Positions 35,976-48,132 of a stretch of 64,000 nt of DNA are shown here, piece after piece; the first letter of the stretch is position 1; each line of letters begins with the position of its first letter. Both the position numbers and the translations under genes were made by a program. Below the pieces are notes generated by a model. The model did no database searches. It saw only the letters and a program-made list of their open reading frames with translations, and was not told the origin of the DNA. The stretch lies in NCBI GenBank assembly GCA_010405405.1, contig MU004234.1:168993-232992 (forward strand), written 5' to 3'. The stretch comes from Microthyrium microscopicum. Lineage: Eukaryota.

Positions 35976-38286
35976 TCACTTTGAGGCACTCATTGTGACG
36001 ACAATCTCGTCAGCTTGCACATCTACGAAGCATTCTGTCTTCTCGGGGTGTTCTGAAAACCCTTCGTTGATTTCAAGGTACTCGTCAACGAGGCGACTTT
36101 TCACCGTGTCAACGGCGGTGATCAAACTGCGGGCGCCTAGGTGTATGTTGTAGCCGGATTCGGCCAGAATCCGACAAACAGAGCCATCTCTGCGAATTCG
36201 AAGCCTCACGTTGCCAAGCAGCTTTTCTTTCGGTCCTGTAGAAAGGTTTACAGGACCCTCGACAGATTCGCCGAGCTCTAAGAGATACTTGTGAACAATG
36301 ACTGCTTGCTCGCCAACAGAGAATGGGAGAAACGGGATGAAAGCCGATATGCGGCCTGTGAGTGGTGGCTATATGGCAAGTCAGCGAAAACCTTGTTGTC
36401 TTAGATATAGCTTACACCGAATGTTCTGAGAAAGTCCTCCTTGACCTCAGACGCCAGTTTCTTAATCAAGCGAACACCTTCATCTTGATTTGTTGGATCG
36501 GATAGCGCTTCTTGATGAGACTCAAAGTAGTCTTGAATAACTTCGTCATGAGCATTCGTGGCGAGTATCCAAATTGTGTTGGAGCAATTGATGTTAGAAC
36601 GATGTCGTCTATCCTGATATTCCCCTAAGCCTATTATTAGCTCAGCTTGGAGTTGAAGTGATAAATCAGCTTACCATTGTCGAATGGAAGTAACAATGTC
36701 TTGTGTATTTCAGTAGTAGTCTTTTCAAATTCATCCAAGAATACAATACATCGCTTTCCGGCATTCTTTGCTAGAAAATTGTTGAGTGGACTTCCCTGTG
36801 CGGCACCACTGTAAGGCTCTCTGGGCCCAAACAGTTCAATTTCGCGACTAAATGCTGTACAGTCTACAACCTCAAGCTCCAGGGACAGTAGATGGCCCAG
36901 CCGCCTAGCGAGCTCAGTCTTGCCATGCCCGCTTGGACCAGCGAATACCATCACAAGTGGGCGTTTACTTGGAGATAGAATATGGCTTAGCAGTTTACGA
37001 AGTAGGAGATGTGACGCAAGTGATTGACCTATGAGAAAGTATGAAATGCCCAACAGTCCTTCCGCATTCCGTCGCTGGGCCAGGTCAACTTCTCGAGCCG
37101 TCGGCACTCTCAAATTTGCCGCCTTTTGAATGAAGTATCGTTGTGAAAGCGTCAGGGCTGAGGCAAGTCTTTGACTAACATCTTCTGTGCACCAAGGTGT
37201 ATTGAATCTGGCTCCTTCTATCTCAGAGTTTGCAGAATTCTCCGGACCAGTCTCGGGCAGATCTTGAAGATATGGAGTATAAAACGCCGAGGGAAGGACG
37301 TTGGGAGAAGCACCCAGACTAAGCAACGTCGCGACTAGAAGGGTTTTATCGCCCTCTACGTTATGACTGTTGACTATGGCAAAGACTAGAAGAGGAATTT
37401 GAGAGGGTACATGAACAGCCTCAGGATTCCCAGATTTCGATACGCAATGTCGAAGCAGCCGCTCGTTGTTGGATTCCACGATATAAAACATGAGTGGAAA
37501 CCCCTCAATCTCATCATTAATTTGATATGAGACCTTTTCTCTGCTGTATCGATCCAAGTAGCCTATGAGTGACAACAAGTTGGCACCGTCCTGAACTGCT
37601 CTGGCAAATGCTGCAGGATCAAAAGTGCTACTACCTTGATCGATATTCGCAGCATTCTGAGTACTAGCAGCGAAACGGAGTCTAGGCAGCTGGAAGTCCC
37701 ATTCTGCGATTTTGTCACTGCTTGAAGGGTCCGTCTCCACTGCGTCAAAGTCCGAACTTCCTGGGAAAGTGCTGTTGTTGAGATCAATTGTTGAAGTTCC
37801 ACCCGTGAAGGAATCAACTGCGGGGCTTATCACAGAACGGTCAGAAGGCTCTGATAAGCTGGCCGAGTTCGTTAATCGTTCGGGGACATGATTTTCGTCG
37901 TCCATATTCAACACTTGGCGACCGTTTGGCGGCGAAATGACCGCTGGTGCTGGCGTATTGCTGTCTTGGGCGTCCGCTTCTGACGACTCTTCGGAGCTCG
38001 ACCAAGAAGGATATTGGCTCGGTCGCTGAAAGGGTGACTGGTAATCCGAGGCTCGCGAACGCGAACGAGGCAGATCGCTGTTGGTGAGATATCGCTTCAA
38101 GATGTTATGCTGAGACTTGGCTTGATCAAGGTCATTGTTATTATCCTGAGGCTCAGAGTAAGTCCAAGCTTGAATTGCACGATGGCATTATACCTGTAGC
38201 AATTCTACGGCTCTTTCCATTGAGCAGCCGCAAGCTTCCACAACCTTTTGAATAAGATCTTGACCGGGAACTGATGGGCTAGCCAT
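35976..38286 (-). CDS. AAA+ ATPase of ClpB NBD2 type with N-terminal UBA-like and ankyrin-like segments; 4 exons
   Basis: Walker A GPSGHGKT, Walker B IVFLDE, WILATN, LTGRI and sensor-2 LGARSL. Ankyrin-like PLMFYIV and PLLVFAI...LLSLGASP segments. Confidence 0.8.
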
Positions 38287-38830
38287 TGAGTGAAACACAA
38301 ATGTAAGGCACTGGTAAGTAGGGAGTAATGCGAGATACCAGATGGCAGTAGACAAGTTCAAGTTGTTCGAGAGCAACAAACTATTCATCAATAAAGCATT
38401 ACATAAGGCTGCTACTGATCCATTAGAGAGACTTGTGATAGCGTCAAGAAGCGGACGACCCTGAAAGCCTACATGTAGGCTCCCACTGGAAAGGTCCATC
38501 TAAAAGATAAGCGGTCAGAATACAGTGACACGTCAAGAACGAGGGTGTGTCCAGACTGGACGAGCCTGTCGGAAAGGCAGCCAAAGGCTGACCGTTCTGA
38601 AATGGCTGCATAACGGATAGGCTGAAAGCGGATTTGCGAAGATCTGGAACTTTCAGCCCAATAGGCTGACCAGTACGGCGAACAAGTTGTGAGATTGTAG
38701 ACAAGTCTGCCATTTTATCAGATCTGCAACCTTTCAAAAATTCTATTGCCGAATTTATTATTTCTCATCAAAGCCTGTATTCATCGTGAAAGAGCAAAAT
38801 TGCTGAGCCATAGCACCCTCCTCCGTCAGA

Positions 38831-39649
38831 ATGAATGCTCGAAATTCACATCGTTCCCCTCGTGACGAGCCTGGTCTAGACGCGACATTTACGACCACGG
38901 AGAGGATGGTTGATCGCGAAGACCCGCCTGGCAGTCCTAGAGCAGTTCCAGAAATCCGCAAAAAGAACAAGCACCTGAATGAGATATACAACCTGAAGCA
39001 GGAAGTCACTGATCTGCAAGATGACAATGAAAAGCTTCACCAGTCGATCGGGAAAATGGCTCTCGACTTGGATAAGGCTGAGAAACAACTGGAAATGAAG
39101 AAGCGAGATCATGAAATGAAAGACAGTCAGCTCTTAGCACTTCAACAGAGAGTCGACGAGCTCACACAGGCAAGCAATTTCCGGAACAAAATGGAAGTTC
39201 AAAGCGTGAGCCCCGTGGACCAGGCTGAACACCAGCGATTGCAAAATGAACTCTCACGTCTGACTTTGGCAGTCATTGACAAGGACGGAGAGTTGAGAGA
39301 CAAAGACAAGAAACTGGCTGAGGCTCAGAGTACCGCCGCGACTGCTGCAAGTCAGGTCTCGAAAATGACACTCCAAATACAACAAGATACAAAGCTTCGG
39401 GAAAATGCAAACCAGAACGACAATTCCCTACAACAAACAGCCGCCTCCGTAACATCGAAGAAAGATGAGGAGATAGCAGAGCTTCGGAGATGGTGCGATT
39501 TTTATCAAAAGAATAGCGAAAGATTATCCAAAGAGCATTCGCTCAGCAATAAGGCCACTTCACCGCCAAGAAGACAATTTAACATGATTACGGAGGCCCA
39601 GGCAGGAAGCTTATCCGGGTCAAGAATGGTCATGCCTGGCGCTTTCTGA
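38831..39649 (+). CDS. Hypothetical coiled-coil protein
   Basis: 272-aa intronless ORF with ATG start and heptad-like E/K/Q/L-rich sequence. Confidence 0.7.
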   Translation: MNARNSHRSPRDEPGLDATFTTTERMVDREDPPGSPRAVPEIRKKNKHLNEIYNLKQEVTDLQDDNEKLHQSIGKMALDLDKAEKQLEMKKRDHEMKDSQLLALQQRVDELTQASNFRNKMEVQSVSPVDQAEHQRLQNELSRLTLAVIDKDGELRDKDKKLAEAQSTAATAASQVSKMTLQIQQDTKLRENANQNDNSLQQTAASVTSKKDEEIAELRRWCDFYQKNSERLSKEHSLSNKATSPPRRQFNMITEAQAGSLSGSRMVMPGAF

Positions 39650-40025
39650 TAAAAGCAATGCAATGCTTGTACGCTATGGTGATACCTAATCCTGCCGCAA
39701 TCATTCTGTATCACTCTACAATAGCAATAGTTAAATCAAGAAACCTAGAATTCCAGCAGTCTCAATTTCTTCAGTTCGTGAAAGCCGATGCTACATCCAA
39801 GAATCATGTAAGTAGGGTCCTACGTGGCTCATCCAGCCCTTCTTAGATTTCAGTAGCTAAGTATTCAAGCATATAACTCGAGTCGTAAATGAAATTCATA
39901 GCCTAATCTACAGCTTGTGAGCTCATTCTAATAGCAATCTGAACTATCAATACCTACTCCCCTTAGTATCTGATATACCACTGACTCAGCGAAACGATCG
40001 CTTTCTTGAGGAGTCATAGCAGCAT

Positions 40026-40430
40026 CTAACAAATCTTAGTCCCACAATGATTCTTAACATAATTGACAGTGATCTCTCCTGTTGACACATCATTGCCGGG
40101 AAACACTGGACAACTCCCACACCCTTTACATCCATGGCTCAACAGATCAGACACCTTCTGCTTAACCACCAATCCTTCGACATTTCCACCGCCGATATTT
40201 TGCACAATAGCGCACAATCCGCCGACGACATGGCGGCATCCGATACAGGCAACTTTATCGCCGTTAACAAACTTTTTGGAGTCGGATAGGTCGGAGTTGA
40301 TGAGGCCGGATAGCTCGTCAAGACCGACAGAACAGAGGGTGCAGGTTCCGCTGCCTTTGCAGTTGATGCCAAGAGCTGATGTTAGGGAGCTGGAGAGGAG
40401 AATGGCTAGGACAGGGGTTGTGAAATGCAT
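40026..40430 (-). CDS. Secreted KP4 killer-toxin-like protein
   Basis: Signal peptide followed by LGINCKGS; GCKGCGSCP...GNDVSTGEITVNYV, characteristic of the KP4 family. Confidence 0.93.
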   Translation of the reverse strand: MHFTTPVLAILLSSSLTSALGINCKGSGTCTLCSVGLDELSGLINSDLSDSKKFVNGDKVACIGCRHVVGGLCAIVQNIGGGNVEGLVVKQKVSDLLSHGCKGCGSCPVFPGNDVSTGEITVNYVKNHCGTKIC

Positions 40431-41007
40431 GGTGATGGATGCTTGGAGGATTGGCTGTTAAGGTTGTTTGGTGGTTGGACGGTTTGCAGATAGATTGATC
40501 AGAGTATTGGTAGATTTAATGCGATGCTCTCTTAAAATGGGATCTTATGACGGATTTATATGCTCACATGGCCTATTGAAATATGCGCCTTTGCCAATAC
40601 TTGAAAGGCTTGTGGTACCAACAATCCGAATTTGATGTCAATCATGGGGATGGTTACAGTCTCAGAGCTTTTGTTGTTTCATGTTACAAAGCAGTGGCAA
40701 ATCAATTTCCTTGAGGGTGTTGGTTTACTATTCTGGTTATGGCGCAGCAATATCAAAATGAAGTCCGACATGTTGTGGCACCATAAGCCGACTCTGTACA
40801 AAGATCTATCAGCTAGGAAGGAATCCGAATTGTACGTTTGGGGCCATTTTGTTTGTTCAAATATGGATACAGAATCCTACAGCGGTTCTTGGCCGAAGCA
40901 ACTTGAAATAGGTAAGAGGTAGTATACACGCCGAGTTGGACATAATTGCAAGGTTCATGTAGACTCTCATTTCCAATACAAACTCTACAGCCAAACTGTA
41001 TCCGACA

Positions 41008-41526
41008 TCAATTTCCATTAGCCAGCTGCTTTCGCGGTGCAGGTCCTCCTTTCTTCACCTGACCTCCGGACCGTCCGCCCCTATAGATACCATCTTCGTC
41101 AACAAGGGACTGAACGCCACCAATATCCATGGTTGCAACACGGATAGCAATTGGAATTGCATTAGCATGTTCAGCAGCCAGACGGACAGTTTCCTCGGGC
41201 TCTAAATTTTGGACAAGCAAAAGACTGTCATTTTCTGCAGTTTGCTTGTCGGCAACTAGGAAGATATCGTGGAACAGGGACCAGTCTTCGGGAAATTTAG
41301 TGATAAAGGCACCTAGTTCTGTCGTGGTTTTGCCAAGAAAGGGGTACTCATTGATGGCTGGAATTGAAAGACTGGGGTCTTTTGGTTCGGGGCCTGAGGG
41401 AATATCCAAGTCGTTGATGAAGATGATATCCGGGTCAGTGTCTGGACTGCCTTCGTAAGCCAGGGTGAGGATGGTGGTAAGCCTGTCCGCGGAGATCTTC
41501 TCGATGCAGAAAAGTGGAATTGACAT
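41008..41526 (-). CDS. Hypothetical intracellular acidic protein (172 aa)
   Basis: ATG at 41526 in a good context; intronless, globular-looking sequence; no family recognised. Confidence 0.7.
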   Translation of the reverse strand: MSIPLFCIEKISADRLTTILTLAYEGSPDTDPDIIFINDLDIPSGPEPKDPSLSIPAINEYPFLGKTTTELGAFITKFPEDWSLFHDIFLVADKQTAENDSLLLVQNLEPEETVRLAAEHANAIPIAIRVATMDIGGVQSLVDEDGIYRGGRSGGQVKKGGPAPRKQLANGN

Positions 41527-42377
41527 TGTGCTATCAAAGTGATGGTAGGATCGTGGGAATGTGAAAGGAGAAGAAGATGGTGTAAAAAACCTCAAGGTGC
41601 TTATGCAAAGAGGTTATGATCTCACTGCTTACTGTCTGTGTTCCCCGCTGTGTGTTACCTCTTGTAACTTTCTGTGGCAACTGACTCTGAATATTTGTGT
41701 AACTCCATAAGACCGTGTTCTGGTGGGAATCCACCAGGAGGATATGAAGTTGTTGGGATATCAAAAATATAATTGGTACGATGTAAGCGGAAATAGGCCT
41801 GGTTTCAGTGCGGTTGCAACGATCACTACTTTGTACGATTCCAAGCCACTCTAAGATTACAAGAAATGAAGCATATTCTTTGTAGATATACCGTTGCTGT
41901 AACCACCCACTTCTTGTTAGGCTTCGACCAGTGGCGACTTTCATTGTGCTTTCAATTGATTTCATAACCAACGAGCTTAGTCCATGCATACGAAGTAGCT
42001 GATAAGACTTCCTCGGATTTGGAAAACCATGGATCAGTGCGAAGTGAACTTGCTTGGTTCTATTTCAATGGCGAACGATGATCCGTATAATGAACCTTAT
42101 CAAGCCAAGATCGACTTGTATCACAGGTTTGTCAGGGACCAGAAAGCCAGATATTGCAAGCGCCGGACATCAAGTATATCAACAATAGCTACGCAAAAAC
42201 TCCCGGAATAGATCAGTGTATGAGGCTGAGGGCAACGAGACATTCTGATGGTTTTTCAACCGTCCGCCTTAAGTATAAGAAGCTCAACAAGAGGCATGAA
42301 TATCACCACCTATCCTTCCCATAATATCCACTGCCTCCCGCTCAATCAATCTTCCCAACAAATTCAACCAATTCACC

Positions 42378-43195
42378 ATGCATCTCACACTCTTTTCACT
42401 CCTCCTCCCTTCCTTCGCGCTGCTCGCTTCAGCCAAGAACTTCGACTGGGACTGCACTCACTCTCTAGCAACATGCAACAACGCCTGCTACGCTTTTCAC
42501 TGCAGAGGCATAACCCACGCTCTCACATATGACAAAAACGAGAAGAACCGCGGCCCACGCAGACGAGATTCTGGATGTGCGCTGCAGCCGTGTACACAGG
42601 GGCCTACGCAGGCCACATATGGCAAGTTTGGGAATTCGTGTGATGAGTATCCATTTGCTAGTACGCATGAGGGTGGGGATGATGCTACACTGCGATGCGT
42701 AGATAGCACTGAGAATAGTAGTACGTATAATGATGTTGTGAGTGTGTAATTTGAACTGATAGAGAGTTTAGGCGAGGGTGGGCAGTTGGGGAATTTTTAT
42801 AAGAACCAGAAAGTTAAGGATGGTGCCAGTTTCGGGTTTACTATCAAGAATTATGTGGGAGCGTAAGTACTTGTTCATGTTTGGCGTACCTCAAGCTGAT
42901 TCATCGTAGTCCATATTGCGAACAAACCCTCAATTGCGTAAACGATGGCGGAGAGTTTATATACGATGGGACCAGGTATACTAACGCAAAAGTCAAGAAA
43001 AGCTTGCCAGGGTTTGAATACGCCCAAGTCAATCGTAATGCGGAGAGATCTTCGATTCGGAAATTTGTGGGAGAAGATGGAGTGGAGCGCCTTTGGTTGA
43101 CTCCTGGTAATCGGTCAACTCTTGTTGGTGAGAAGGTCTGGAACGAAAAGCATGGAATGCTGAGCATTTCAAGTGAGGTAGTCGAGACGAAGTAG
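42378..43195 (+). CDS. Secreted NucA/NucB-type deoxyribonuclease; 3 exons
   Basis: Signal peptide; CNNAC and RRDSGC motifs; His-Me-like SCDEYPFASTHEGG...LRCV...ENS.EGGQL across an intron. Confidence 0.88.
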
Positions 43196-43302
43196 ACTAT
43201 GCTAGTGGATATAGGAGTTGAAGATATCGATTATATTTACCGATCGCTTGGCTTGTGTACATCAAGATGCGCCAGTAGTATTCTATGGAGCACACTATGA
43301 AA

Positions 43303-44469
43303 TCATTCCTCAGCCGCCAACTCGATCACAATCTTCTTAGCCGAGACACCCTTTTTCACCATGTCGATACCTTCTTGAACCTTGCCAAGCCCACCTTTCA
43401 GAACAAATGGGTCTGGTTTGGCCTGAAACTGTCCGCTCGCAAGAGCTGAAGGCATGAAATCCTCCCAGATTGCTTTCCCAATATGAGGAGCCCCTGTGCC
43501 CCATTCCCCGTTCAACTCGCTCTCAGTGAATCCTGGAGCTAGACCGTTCACTATCAAGGAAACTTCAGTAAGCAAAAGAAGTAGATGTGCGTCGATATAG
43601 GACTTACCCAAAGCTGACTTGACGTTATCCGGAAATTTGGCCAAAGCCCACATTGTTAAGGGAAGTGTACCGCCTCCAATAGCACCCAAGATCTTGCCAC
43701 ATGTTTCTTGTGTTTCTGGACTACTAATGCAGTCAAACACAAAGTCGCCTTCTTTCAATGCTTTCTGGATTTGTTCTGCAGAGTCTGGATCACGATGGTT
43801 GAACACCTCGGAAGCACCAAGGCTCTTCACGAAGGCAAAGTTGGCTTCGCTCGCTGTGGTGATCACCTGCAATCCAGCAGCAACTGCCAACTGGATCGCT
43901 GAACTGCCAACTGATGAGCTACCGCCCCAGATCAAGATGGTCTTGCCACTTGGCTCGGGATGCAGTGATGGGAGTGGTAGACCGAGATTCTGGAAGAGTG
44001 CTGCCGATGCTGTGTCTACGGAAAGGGGCAACACAGCAGCATTGGCTAGTGGCAAAGAATCTGGGACCGCCGAGACCAGAATTTCTCGGCATGTGCTGTA
44101 AAGCTGAAATCCAGCGTTGGCAGCTTTTCGTGTGAGAAGACTGTCGCAGTGACCAATAACTCGTTGGCCGATCCTGAATCTTGTGACATTCGCACCAAGT
44201 TGGACAACGGTGCCAGCAACATCAGTGCCGAAGATGAAGGGGTAATCCATGCTAAAGTATGGTGAATCTTGCATCTGTTCTGATTAGTAGACTACGACTG
44301 CACTCTTTGATGAACTGACTTTGTAGTCTGTAGGATTTACAGCTGCATATGCGACCTTGATGACGACTTCATTTTCGGTGGGCTCTGGCTTTGGTGCTAT
44401 TCTGAGTTCTAAAGGATGTTGCTTTTCAGCTGCAATCCACGCTGCTTCGTTTTTCAGTTCTGAGGACAT
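43303..44469 (-). CDS. MDR-superfamily enoyl-reductase-like oxidoreductase (CipB-like); 3 exons
   Basis: AVNPTDYK, FGTDVAG, LIWGGSSSVG and GVSAKKIV motifs. Confidence 0.92.
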
Positions 44470-44860
44470 TTTGCTTGGGTACCTCTGCTAAGAAATGAGA
44501 GGAAATGGAAAATATTGGTATGTGATTGATGAATTGCGGCCACCTGACCAGAGATACTGCTGGATTTATATTCTTCACATAGTACATGAAAGCTGCCGCT
44601 GCAAACTACCTTCCAGATTTGTAATAAATGCAACGGAGTTCCTTACGCAATAGAGAACCCCCAAAAAGATAGAGTGGAGTGGAGTCTGAAGCATTCGACC
44701 AATCATATCACGTAAAGCTCCTGCTACGATGACACGGAGTTCCATCGACCAGCTTACCAATACCTCCCATCTTGACTACTTCCTTTTCAACATGTCCGGT
44801 GCGTCTCTTGCATTTTCTTGACTTGATACAATCCCTTGTGCCCTCATCTGGCCGAAGACA

Positions 44861-46273
44861 ATGAGTTCCGGAGCTCACTTTACGTGCAAACTGTGTAGCA
44901 AGGAGTTTGACAACAGTACATAAATCCCCTAAACTGGCGCAGACTGAAGCCCTTGACTAATGTAAACAGAAAAATCACAGATCAGGCACTCAAGTTATTG
45001 TCGGAAAAAAGCCGGTGGTCCACCTCGCGCTAGAAGGCGGTCTTGTCTGGCATGTGTCAAGGCAAAAACACACTGCGGTGCTGTGATTTCTCCGTGTCCC
45101 AGATGTCTACAAAGAAGCATAAACTGTGTTTATGAGCACAATGGGCAGCAAGTTATCTCTGAGCAGTCAGGATCACTTCTTCTTGACTGGGCAGAGTTGT
45201 CGGGGAGTGGCATATTGACTGAGGACATTGTGCTCCCTACTCCATTTTCACCAACATCAGCGTTGGCAGCGTCTAAACCATGGGATCTGTCAACATCTTT
45301 CGTTCTTCCGTCTACAAGCTCCAACTGGCTGGATGATAATTCTGGCTTTGGAACCTGGAATCTCGAGATCACGAAACCATTCAATCAGCAACTCGTTCCT
45401 CGAGCAGTAAAAGCATTCTGGCCAAAAGGTATAAAATGGCGCCAACTTTCGCTCGTGAGGAAATATGTCCTAAGCAGCCTCAAATCATACTCAAACATTC
45501 TGCTCTCTGACTATAAAATGCCACCGTTTATCCATCCAATATGTATGAGGAGAGAGAAAGTACTTCCAGATATTTCACAGCCTGGAATTCTGGCCAGATG
45601 TGCCGGCATAATGGCAATATGGTCCACCAGAAGTAAAGATAACCAACACTACATCTGGAAAATCATTCGCATGGAGCAAGAGCGTCTATCAGCCGAATCC
45701 AACACCTTCAAAGACTGGACCGCTGTAGCAGCCTTACAAGCCATTCTCATGTACATCCTACTAAGAGTTTCCGCAGAAGACGATGAAGACGCCGATTTTG
45801 ATATTCCTCTGATACAGACGATGACGCAGCTCGCACAAGTAGTCAAAGGCATAACAGTCAAATATTGCGACCCCAAGTCAGAAGAAACTCCAACATGGGA
45901 GAACTGGGTATTAGTCGAGTCACTGAGACGCACAATATCCGCGTTATTCATTATCTACTTCCTTTTTGAAATGGCGCCTGGTACGAGCAACTGTCCATCT
46001 GGTTTAGGGGATTCTGGGTTTGATAGTGCGAAACACTGGTCGGAAATGCTGCTACCAAGCTCCAAGGGGTTGTGGCAGGCGCAGACAAGAGCGCAGTGGG
46101 AACAGGAGTATAGAGCCTCGAATAACGATCAGCGGTCAACATTTGGAGAACTGCTTACACATGATGATGTCCAGAGTCAAAGTGCTGGGTTGCTTGATAG
46201 GTGGATGGGACAGGTAGATGAGTTTGGGACATTGGTTATTGCTGCTGCCAGTTTAGCAGATGCAATAGAGTAG
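44861..46273 (+). CDS. Zn(II)2Cys6 transcription factor with N-terminal C2HC-like finger; start approximate
   Basis: CKLC...RHSSYC across an intron, then CLACVKAKTHC...PCPRCLQRSINC. WENWVLVESLRRT and LPSSKGLWQA in the C-terminal domain. Confidence 0.88.
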
Positions 46274-48132
46274 TTATCATGACTTGCTATCTCGACACCA
46301 GTTCGTTGGTTCCAACCAGTCTGCCTTGTCTGCTATCAGAGCGTTCCAACCCAAGGTTTAATTGAAATGCGTGGTAAGATGATAGAGACATTGTGAATAT
46401 ATAGATTTGTCTATCAAATGAGTGGTGCTTGATTTTAGCTAGCCTCAAATTTCCCCCATTTTCGAAGGATATCGTGGCGTTGAACTGGTGGTTTTACCAA
46501 CGGCTGAACTTCCAATCTCCTCATGTCACAACAAGGGGTGATATCACTAAGAAATGAAAGGAATTTCTGACGCAGAAATAATAAGTCGAAAATTCAATCC
46601 TCTACTTTTTCTAAGAGAATATACCTACCAAGCGCAAGGCCCCGAAACGCTGTGTGATATCAATAATCTAACCGAAGATGCCTCATGCCGGGGATAATCG
46701 AACACTTAACGAAGAGACTGTTGAACACGAAAAGAAGCCGTATGCAATGTTCTCCAATGGGGCATTCAAACGCGAATCTCCTCATGACTTTTTGTTGTGG
46801 ATCACCATAGATGAAATCTACTGATCTTCCTGATTGTCGAGACCGTTAGTTCAACGATTGTGGATTCAGTGCACAAGTGGGTCCTCAGAAACCCACCTAC
46901 AGTTCTGTCCCAAGAGAGTGATCAAAAGCAACCTGGCAAATCCACAGCGACTTGTTTTTCGACTGAGATACCCAAGTCAAACCTTCCAGAAGTCGTGCAG
47001 GTTGGGTACGAGATTGAGCTTTTCCGCATGCAAAGTGAAATCTCGGAACTGTTTTCCAAGACTTCCATCGCAATCGTTTGAAGCATTGTTCGCGTTTTGA
47101 GCTGGTGGGTTCTCGAGAGATTCCCTCGACTCTGTGGACTTATTCGGTTGCTCGTCCGTTGCGTAGTAGCTCGCCTTGCATTTGGGGCAGTATTCAATAT
47201 GCGAAAGATGCTCTTCAAGGTAAGGCTGCTAGCTTTTCCAATGTTCGAGTATTCTTCTCTCCAGCTCTCTCTGTGCTTCCAGTGACTTTATTTCCTCCTG
47301 GAGTTCTGCCATCCTCTCCACATGTTTCCGCCATAACCACTCTAGGCATGGATATTTGAAGCGCATAAGTAGATTGGAGAAGTCAAACAACATCTTGGCT
47401 CGAGCTGACGAAGCGAGATGTGGGCTTTGAAGAGAATGAGACTGGGAGGTACAGAAGACTGCTTTGGACCAAATGATGACAAGATGAACGATATATCTGT
47501 GGTGTTGCAAGGTGATGATAATATCCAAGCAGAGCAATTGCGAGCGTTGATGATATAGCAATATGGGGCGAATGGATGAAGAAGCATTATTCTACGCGTT
47601 GATGCGATGTGTATACAGCTCCAGACAGCCTATGCTTTTTGGAAGCAAGAGCACTTTGAGCGTTTGTATGGCATGTTGCAGGACAGAGGAAGGAACGACG
47701 GTTGTTTGCTGCATCACGGAAGGAGCGATGCGGTTAGATAGGGCTGAAATTCGCGCTAGTAATAAACTATCCCTCCTTTCGGTTAGCTTCCGGTCATCCT
47801 GGGTGAAAGCTTCCTTGATCATCCAATTATATCAGCTTTACAGGGCGGATAGTGACTAGCGTGAATTTAATCCAAAAGTAGTTTCCAGTTCAGTGACTGC
47901 AACTCACCTCTTCAGTTCTCTCAAAAATTAATCTACTTGCTAAACTCTTCCTTCGCATCCTCGCTGGCAAGCTTGCGCTTTCAGACATGACTGCGCGTAG
48001 CCCCATATATCATCCGCTGTGCACTGCCGCCATCATCACTGGATAGCGACATCTATCCTTTACGCTTGTCGCGTCCTGGTCAGCCTGCATCAGCATCCAG
48101 CAGCTCAAACGGTGCTTCTACCTGCAGCAACC

